Assembly: GCF_006345805.1 (NCBI RefSeq)
Contig: NC_043010.1
Coordinates: 40,238,001 to 40,302,000 of the forward strand
Reading direction: 5' to 3'
Source of the DNA: Octopus sinensis
Taxonomy: Eukaryota
DNA length: 64,000 nucleotides
The position numbers and the translations under genes were made by a program. The notes below the pieces were generated by a model that was not told where the DNA came from, ran no database searches, and was given only the letters and a program-made list of their open reading frames with translations. Shown piece by piece: positions 55,212-64,000 of this stretch. Positions within the stretch are counted from its first letter, which is position 1, and each line of letters opens with the position of its first letter.

Positions 55212-56272
55212 TGTTATGCATATAAAACAGAACTGTCGGTTAAAAAGATATTAGGCAAAAAAATAAAAACATGAATATATATTCAAAATTCAGCTACATT
55301 TTGTGATATGAATAATTTGGAATACTTCAGAGTCGTTTAGCTTTAAAAATGAAATCAATAAATATATCATCCATTATGTGTGGTAGGATAGAAAATAGCA
55401 TTTAAATGTAAAAAGCTAAAATAATGGAAGTGCTGAATAAATCTCAAGCTTATTTGCATAAATGAAACTACAATGAGCCACGAGAAACAACTCGGTGTTA
55501 CGGGTAGCATATATTTAAACAACAATGAATAATAAATGTATATTAGATCATATATATGGTGTTTTAGAAGTCACTTGGGTATGTAGAAACTTCATAACAT
55601 GCCAACATTTTAAATACTTTTTTTTATTTCCAAATCGTAGATTTTGTCGGATAAAGTACCCAAGAAAAAAATTTGCAATTAACCAAAGAGCCAAATTATT
55701 GAATTTTATTTTGAATTGTAACTCGTCCATCATTTATTCCTAAAGACTTTTCATTGCCTTAAAAGCCAACGTCAGATTTCATGAGTCGATGCTTGATTCC
55801 CCGTTTCAGATAATATAATTCAGTAAATACCTAGCACCTCACTGTCCGTCCACAGTACGTGCGATTCTGTTAAACAAGTACCAAGAACATCAATTAACGC
55901 ATGCACTCTGGCCACTTGAAGATATCTCAGATGATATTGCATTGCTTAAAAAGAGACTATTTGTACCTGTAGCCATACAAAATGCAATTGATTCAGAAAA
56001 TACGAATGTCAGATCAACAACGCTTAAATTACGCGGTCCATATAGAGAGGCTTGTTATGCATATAAAACAGAACTGTCGGTTAAAATGATATCAGACAAA
56101 AAAAAAAAAGGATGGAATGGTATATATATTCAAAATTCAGCTACATTTTGTTATATGAATAATTTGGAAAACTCTAGAGTCGTTTAGCGTTAAGAATGAA
56201 ATCAATAAATATATCATCCATTATGTGTGGTAGAATAGAAAATAGCATTTAAATATAAAAGCGCAAAATAAT
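55212..56272 (+). repeat. ~215-bp direct repeat pair (55212-55427 / 56052-56272)
   Basis: tgttatgcatataaaacagaactgtcggttaaaa...gaaaatagcatttaaat shared. Confidence 0.85.
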
Positions 56273-57141
56273 GAGGATAAAGAATTTGAAGAGTGACAAG
56301 GTTCATTTTCATTTCAACAGTTTTGGTAAGAAGGAGAACTGTGGAATCAGCGGATAAAAGAATCCTAAAATATCCAACCTCTCAAATGTGATGTAACTTA
56401 GGAAATATTTACTATACCTTTTTCTTTTGAGTTGAAAATTGCAATTAGATGATAATAAGCAGTGAATTGTATCGGTTCATAACCGTGACATTGCTGCACC
56501 CAGCAGTAAAGAACAAACCGAAGATGTAAAAATTGCCAAGTTAGAGATAGAATCTGTGCAGAAATTGGAGAAATGTAACCAGAGAGTTTGTCTATTGTCT
56601 ATCGGAAAGCTGCGCCAATGTAAAGTCGAAAGACGGAGATGATTTACGTCATGTAAATTTCCTAATTAAATTAGGATTTATTTCCAGTGTCTGAATTCGT
56701 GTTCTGTATATAACTATATAATAAAAATGTAGACACTATACGATTTTAAAATCTCTAGTAAACTTCTAGAGTACCATGTTAAATATAAATGTTTGATTTA
56801 TTCCATGTTTACACATTTATTCATTATCTTATATATGCATTCATATACAACCATAACCATATACATTACTCGCTTCGAACCAGTTCAAAGGTTCTTTTTT
56901 AAACTTTTCTATTTCTTTCATATTCACCATGGTAGATAAAACGCTAACACAAGAAATGGAAAGCACGCAGTCATTGTTACTGTATGTGCGGAACACAACG
57001 ATTTAGAGACTGTCAACTTTATGAATGCTGCATGATCATTTGTACACAAAGTTCGAATGCTGTTGGAAGCTTCTGACGAGATTAATTTTTGCATACACAC
57101 ACGCGTGCACACACACACATACGTACATGCATACACACAAT

Positions 57142-57207
<66 letters not shown>

Positions 57208-57210
57208 ATG

Positions 57211-57334
<124 letters not shown>

Positions 57335-57356
57335 TATATATATATATATATATATA

Positions 57357-58010
57357 GCGCGTATTGTGTCTGGGGAGAGTCATTCTCTTATAGTGCCTTA
57401 TTACTTAACACATTCACCGGTTCGATTTCCACTCAATTACTAATTTATTTTTTCTAAAATTTTCATTGCACCTTGCAACCTCTTCAATAGTCACGTGAAT
57501 TAATATTTCACATTGTGTTCTAGAAGTTTAGTAGCGATTTTAAAATCGTATAATTTCTACTTTCTTTTTATTTTTCAAAAATAGTTATTTACAGAGCACG
57601 AATTTCCTCAGCTAGAAATAGACTCCGACATATCTTAGACCGGTACAACAAAACCACAAAAAAACATAATGAGGGAGAGACCCACCAACTCAGTTCGTCT
57701 ATTGCCAAGGGCCTACAAAAACTCAAACGGCGATTTAAGAACAGGGAATTAGTGTGCTTCCATACGGACAAGTCTGGCAGACTGTCGAGAGACAGTCAGA
57801 ACAGAGAGTCAACGATAATGGAAGGGGTTGCAAGACGCAACGAACATTTTAGAAAAGATAATAAGTAAATGGGTGGAAATCGAGCCAGTGAATGTGTTAA
57901 GAAATGTGGCACTAAAAGAGAATGACTCTCCCCAGACGAAACAAAATATGCTTCGACACACGAATTCACATAAATAATCTTGCAAGCGAAATACAGAAAT
58001 GAAATATATA
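57357..58010. mobile_element. Decayed PLE derivative: inverted pLTR-like arms around an RT N-terminal fragment
   Basis: 57367-57490 inverted at ~57815-57937; 57701-57787 reads IAKGLQKLKRRFKNRELVCFHTDKSGRLS (PLE DKG motif); decayed HHR at 57454-57490 (-). Confidence 0.7.
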
Positions 58011-58035
58011 TACACATATATATGTATATATACAT

Positions 58036-58115
<80 letters not shown>

Positions 58116-58126
58116 TACATATATAT

Positions 58127-58158
<32 letters not shown>

Positions 58159-58548
58159 CATACATATATATACACTACCGTCAGAAATTAATTAGCACCC
58201 TTGATTTGCTCTTCACTCAAGGTATTTGCTGTCACCTAGTGGCCATATCTCGAACTATTGCTTTGTTGCGAGTTCACTGTTGCGCAGAACGATGACGTAA
58301 CTTTGTTTGCAGAGCAGTTTGAGAGTCTACAGCCTAATAATGTTGACATAGCAGTGCAACAACAACAACTTGGAGTGCGGATGCAGACAAATCTTCCGTT
58401 TAATAGATATAGATAGCGCCTCGCAAGGACCGGAATCACACCGTACTAAGTTTTCTCATCGCGTAAGACTTTTGAACAGCTCGTAGGTTAATTGATTCGT
58501 GTATTTGCAAGATTTTTTTTCCTCACAAATTCTCCTACACTCTGCTTG

Positions 58549-58564
58549 GTGACGTCACTTCCGG
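58549..58564 (-). promoter_or_regulatory. Overlapping ETS-CRE composite site CCGGAAGTGACGTCAC
   Basis: gtgacgtcacttccgg on + strand, ~160 bp upstream of the transposase ATG. Confidence 0.55.
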
Positions 58565-58721
58565 TTCACAAAAATTTCTGTTATACATCAAATAAGGTGA
58601 GAAATTCTGCTTTCTTTCTTTTTTGTTTAATGAATAATAACTCATAGCAGTTGTTATAGCATAACATTATTCAAATAAATAGTTTTCATGAAAATAACTG
58701 GTTTTTATCGTTCATTCCTAG

Positions 58722-59719
58722 ATGGGCCCAAGACCTCGCATGACCTTGGAGAGACGGTACGAGGCTCTCTCGTGGCGTGGGAAGCTGTCGGAGGTTGCAA
58801 TAGCCAGAAAACTTGGTGTAGCCAGGCGCACAATTCAGTGCTTATTTAAGAAATACGAGGAAACCGGATCAGCAGCTGACAAAAAGGGTAGGGGACGGAA
58901 GTGGCTGACGACCCAGCGGGAGGACCGGATGCTGATCCGAAAGTCACTGTACAACCGAAGGGCAACGAGCCGGCAACTGGCGGAGGAGATGCAAAAGATG
59001 ACAGGGAAGCAGTTGTCTACAACCACCGTCAAGACCAGATTACTGGAAGCTGGTCTAAAATCCTGTAGGGCCACCCGTAAGCCGCTCCTTACAGCCCCAA
59101 ACCGGAAGAGGTGGTTGTTCTGGGCCCGTGCCCACAAGACATGGACCGTGCAGCAGTGGCGGACAGTGATGTTCACTGACGAGTCGCGATTCAGTCTCGT
59201 CAGTGACAAGCCTGTCCATGTGCGACGCCGCAGGGGTGAGCGCTTCAACAAAGGCTGCATTGCTCCCACCATGAAGCATGGTGGGGGTGGTCTGATGGTG
59301 TGAGGGGCGTTCAGCTACAGTGGTGTTGGGCGGCTCTATGCCATCGAAGGCAACATCAACGCAGCAAAGTACGTTGAGATAGTACGGGATACCTCTTTGG
59401 TGGCGAGGAGTACGTGCTCCAGCAGGACAACGCGCCTTCCCACACAGCCAAGCTCACAACCAGTTTCTTCAAGGACCATGGGGTGACGGTCATGGACTGG
59501 CCTGGCCAGTCACCTGACCTGAACCCTATTGAGAACCTCTGAAGTCGATTGGGTAGGGATTTGAATGTGCAACAATACAGGAACCGACACGAGCTTTTTG
59601 GGGCACTTCTTGCTGCATGGGGGGCCATCCTTGCACAGTACCTGCAGGCACTCATAGACAGCATGCCGACCCGCGTAGCAGCTGTCATTGCTGCCAAAGG
59701 AGGAGCAACAAGATATTGA
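58722..59719 (+). pseudogene. Tc1 transposase pseudogene
   Basis: GRGRK, MFTDESRF, KHGGGGLMV*GAF, LQQDNAPSH, DWPGQSPDLNPIENL*, GGATRY*; stops at 59301 and 59540, frameshifting deletion near 59375-59390. Confidence 0.92.
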
Positions 59720-59879
59720 CTAAATTTCACGATTAATAACAATTATGTGGTGTGCTGGGATATGTTTTAATAAATTTTTGATTAAAAACGAGTTCATTTC
59801 TGATAATAAGTTAATTAAATTAAGAAAATGTAAGAAAATGTAGAAATTTGAGAGTGCTAATTAATTTCCGACGCAAGTA

Positions 59880-60625
<746 letters not shown>

Positions 60626-61467
60626 ATGTATGATATTATCATAGTACTGGACGTGGGATATGACAGAAACGGAAGTATGTACTTACTAAGTGATGTGATA
60701 GAAATAAATAAAGGATATAAAGTAGATCAGGAGTGATTTTGAATTCAGAATGCAAATACATGTAACCCAATGCGAAAAGTAATTTTGCTTAAAGCTATTC
60801 CATGTTGCCATCTAACACCCACTAATCTTTTAATCTTATATCAAATATAGTTATAGATTTTATTCTTATCATAAAATCACTTCCAGTGCAAAGAGTAAGT
60901 TCTTTTGATACCAGTAACAAGACTCGATTTTAATCCTCTCTCTAATCTATTCAATCCTCTCTGTCGCTTATATCTTTGGTAAACAATGCTTTAATTCTTT
61001 CCCATCTAAATGTCAATGGATTTGTATACGAACTCCGATGCCGGAGAAAGAGTAGACAGAAGAATATAAATAAAGAATTATACGGCTTTAATATGACTCC
61101 TTTCAAATTCAGGATCGAGCATATGAATACCAAAACCTATCAAATGATCATACATTCATATCCACTGTAAGCGTTTTCTATGGCTTTCGAAGCAGGAACT
61201 TCCATTGCCTGTCTCCCGATTCTCTAAGAGTCTAATAATCAGTTTGAAACAAACGTATGGAGAATGTTAACAGCCTCAGTCGACGATACTCTAGTTTCCA
61301 TCCTATCGAAGCAACAAAAACAAGAGTTTATAATAGAGTAAGTTTAGCATTTCTTTATTTTTGAATATTCATACAATTTCCATGCAATATAAATGGGAAT
61401 AAAACGGGAAGGTGCTACGCCCATATCTCTACACATACACAATCATATTTCTAAAAGAAATACCTAA

Positions 61468-61696
61468 TTCTTTACTACCCACAAGGGGCTAAACACAGAG
61501 GGGGCAAACAAGGACAGACAAACGGATTAAGTCGATTACATCGACCCAAGTGCGTAACTGGTACTTAATTAATCGACCCCGAAAGGATGAAAGGCAAAGT
61601 CGACCTCGGCGGAATTTGAACTCAGAACGTAACGGCAGATGAAATACGGCTACGCATTTCGCCCAGCGTGCTAACGTTTCTGCCAGCTCGCCGCCT
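61468..61696 (-). mobile_element. Deu/Nin-domain-type SINE with target-site duplication
   Basis: Near-identical to 40267-40491; flanking taaaagaaatacctaa / taaaggaaatacctaa. Confidence 0.82.
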
Positions 61697-62756
61697 TATA
61701 AAGGAAATACCTAACTTCCACCATATTTCTGTAGGACTTAATTACGAGATTATTTTCCCATCGATTGCAGCCTTCATAATATTGGGAAGCTTCATATCGT
61801 TAATGCTGGTTAATTTGTTTTGTTTTGTATGTTACCGTTCAGTGTAATGGAAATACGTCTATATGATACCAATTTATTGGTATCGTACCGTAATTTATTT
61901 AAAATCAAACCTCTTTCTATATTTCATTGCATTAAAAAGATTGTTACTTTGCCGGAAATGAAGGATTCGTAAATTTTAATAAATCGTTATATATTAACTC
62001 AATGATGAATGTATTTGCTTTTTTTTTCTTGACAGTTACAGAAGGAACGATATTGTCTAGCGATAGTTAATCAATTTTCATCCGAGCCGTTGACAATCTG
62101 ACATCTCATTTCCCCGATCACATCCGTTCTACTTTAGATCAAATTATACATCACAGTGTAATTATTTTTGCTTTTGTTTTTTGTTTTTGCTTGCCCCCAA
62201 ATTCCCTCGTTAGAGTTATTTTAGACTGTTAGTACCCAGAGGTTGACACTTTCGATAATTTTACTTGATTTCTTAATAGTGGGGTCTGCTCATCCAATTT
62301 TATAGCCTTTTAAACAGACGATCGTTTTAGGAAACCCATCATTAAAATTTGACAAATTTATTCAACTAGCAGCTCTTCTCCATTCTGTCTGCTACTCATC
62401 ACTTAATTTTTTTTTTAAACTGTCACTGATTGTTTTTATAAAGTTTAATTATACATCCTTAAATGATTTAAAATGAAGTATTCAAATGAGAAATCTCTTA
62501 TTTAAATTTGTTTATTTTTCTTTTACGAGTCGTACACCAAAATGGAACCCGTAATAATCGTATTAAAAAAATCAATCGAATTTTCAAATTTGATGTTCTA
62601 AATCTGGTACAGATTACTTAAAAGTACAGAATATGAAGATTGGTGCAAAGTGCCTTGCTCTCTCACTTTCTTTCTCTCTCCCTCTCTCACTCCTCCTCTC
62701 TCGTAAATGCATACATATATACATACATACATACATATACCTACATACACACAGAT

Positions 62757-62830
<74 letters not shown>

Positions 62831-63334
62831 TCATATTTTTTAATTAAATAACGATTAAATGTATTTACGTGAGCGTGTATGTATACCATAACTACACAAG
62901 AGCACGAATTTTCAACGATCCAGTTAAAGAGGCATTACATGGTCATTTGACCTTGTATAAATTGCTGAAGGATACGTAAGATAATGCAGATTTCCATACA
63001 TGGCATATCATAAATAAAAACCGAATGCTCACAGTTTGTACTTTTCACCATAGGTTTTCTAGGTCTGATCTTACAGTGGGTTGCATTCAAATAACAATCA
63101 ACATAGAAGATAAGAGAACGACTGATAATTTAGCATTAATTACAAGTAATGTTTGCTCTTACTTCTGAGGACTAGTTATTTGTTAGTTGGAATATTATTT
63201 CATTTTATAACACCAATTGTATATACAAACAAGAAGTATTTCCCTAAATAATATGATATAAATATCTAAGACAAGTCAAATTAGTCTAAGAAACATCGTG
63301 TACATGAAATGATACCATAATGTTTCCATAAAAA

Positions 63335-63705
63335 GAACTGCGTGCGCGTGGGCATCAACTCGCAGCCTTCCACCTCCTAGCTATTTCTCACATGCGCTGG
63401 CAGGGACATGTCCTTCGCCTCCCGCTAGATCACCCTACCAAGGTCTTACTCCCATTCGCTACAGCAGCTGCAGGCTGGAAGACGTCTTGTGACAGGTCCC
63501 TCACCACATGCCTGAACGTGATGGGGAAAGATCTCCAGATGATCGACGTCCCTTTAGAGGCTGCAGAGGGGCTGACCCGGGACCACCAGTGATGGAGAGC
63601 ACCGATGGACCTGATGGGCTGTACGACGTATGATAACACCTTTGGGACCGCTAACTTGAATGACCTTAGCCCCATCATGTAAGAGCGTGAAGCCAAACTA
63701 AGCCA
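63335..63705 (+). pseudogene. RTE-clade LINE 3' fragment
   Basis: MRWQGHVLRLPLDHPTKVLL...GWK....R....CLNVMGKDL...RD..W, the typical RTE C-terminus (RW.GHV.R). Confidence 0.75.
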
Positions 63706-63956
63706 ATGTATTACATAGCCAGTTAGCTTGATTCAATATATTTACCTCAATGAATGAAACAGTCGTTAACGATACCTGTATCGCGCTTCCACAGCAGAGA
63801 TCTGTAATTGCTCATTGTACCCATCAACGGCATGGTGGACTGCGCTATGTAACGTATCATACCTATACAACCTAAATTACAATTGTATCACGTAAGCATG
63901 AAAAATAAAATTCCTTTCAGAAATAAATGAGTGATCCAATAGCTCTCTTTATTATT

Positions 63957-64000
63957 GGAGAGGCTGTGTGGTAAGTAGCTTGCTTACCAACTACAAGGTA
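63957..64000 (+). mobile_element. SINE head truncated by the window end
   Basis: ggctgtgtggtaagtagcttgcttaccaa. Confidence 0.6.

Larger units (their letters stand above)
58173..59879 (+). mobile_element. Tc1-family DNA transposon (DD34E), full length, decayed
   Basis: ~28-bp TIRs cactaccgtcagaaattaattagcaccc / agagtgctaattaatttccgacgcaagta; inserted in (TA)n. Confidence 0.92.

Noticed and set aside
59301-59542. Both premature stops in the Tc1 transposase are TGA at conserved Trp positions, hinting at UGA=Trp recoding
   Set aside because: Other Trp codons remain TGG, the ORF ends in TGA and there is also a frameshifting deletion; ordinary G>A decay explains it

Overview
This is AT-rich, microsatellite-saturated animal DNA with no recognisable host gene exon. 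The SINE repertoire and the (TA)n/(GATA)n/(TAA)n landscape suggest a cephalopod (Octopus-like) genome; that assignment is inference. The centrepiece is a near-intact Penelope-like retroelement (PLE, Neptune-type RT + C-terminal GIY-YIG) at 12403-17249, inserted in (TA)n. Its ~570-bp direct pseudo-LTRs each carry CCAAT/TATA boxes, a hammerhead ribozyme (HHR) and AATAAA. It also has a separate upstream basic ORF1 that overlaps the ATG-less 5' part of the RT frame in -1 phase at a U_UUU_UUU heptamer, a candidate programmed frameshift. Next to it is a rearranged 18.6-27.9 kb block containing non-autonomous inverted-pLTR derivatives, a ~1.8-kb inverted duplication, tandem duplications and stacked Helitron ends. 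Across the window I find 16 type I hammerhead motifs from about 7 unrelated sequence families (plus a few badly decayed ones). Nearly all lie in small elements in or beside TA microsatellites, and their stem III sequences differ but are palindromic or nearly so. Also present: Dong/R4-like RLE LINE fragments in (TAA)n, an RTE tail, mariner fragments, a decayed GC-rich Tc1 (DD34E) with a perfect ETS-CRE motif and a putative 5'-UTR intron, and many tRNA-headed and Deu/Nin-type SINEs. Most ORFs in the supplied track are microsatellite artefacts.
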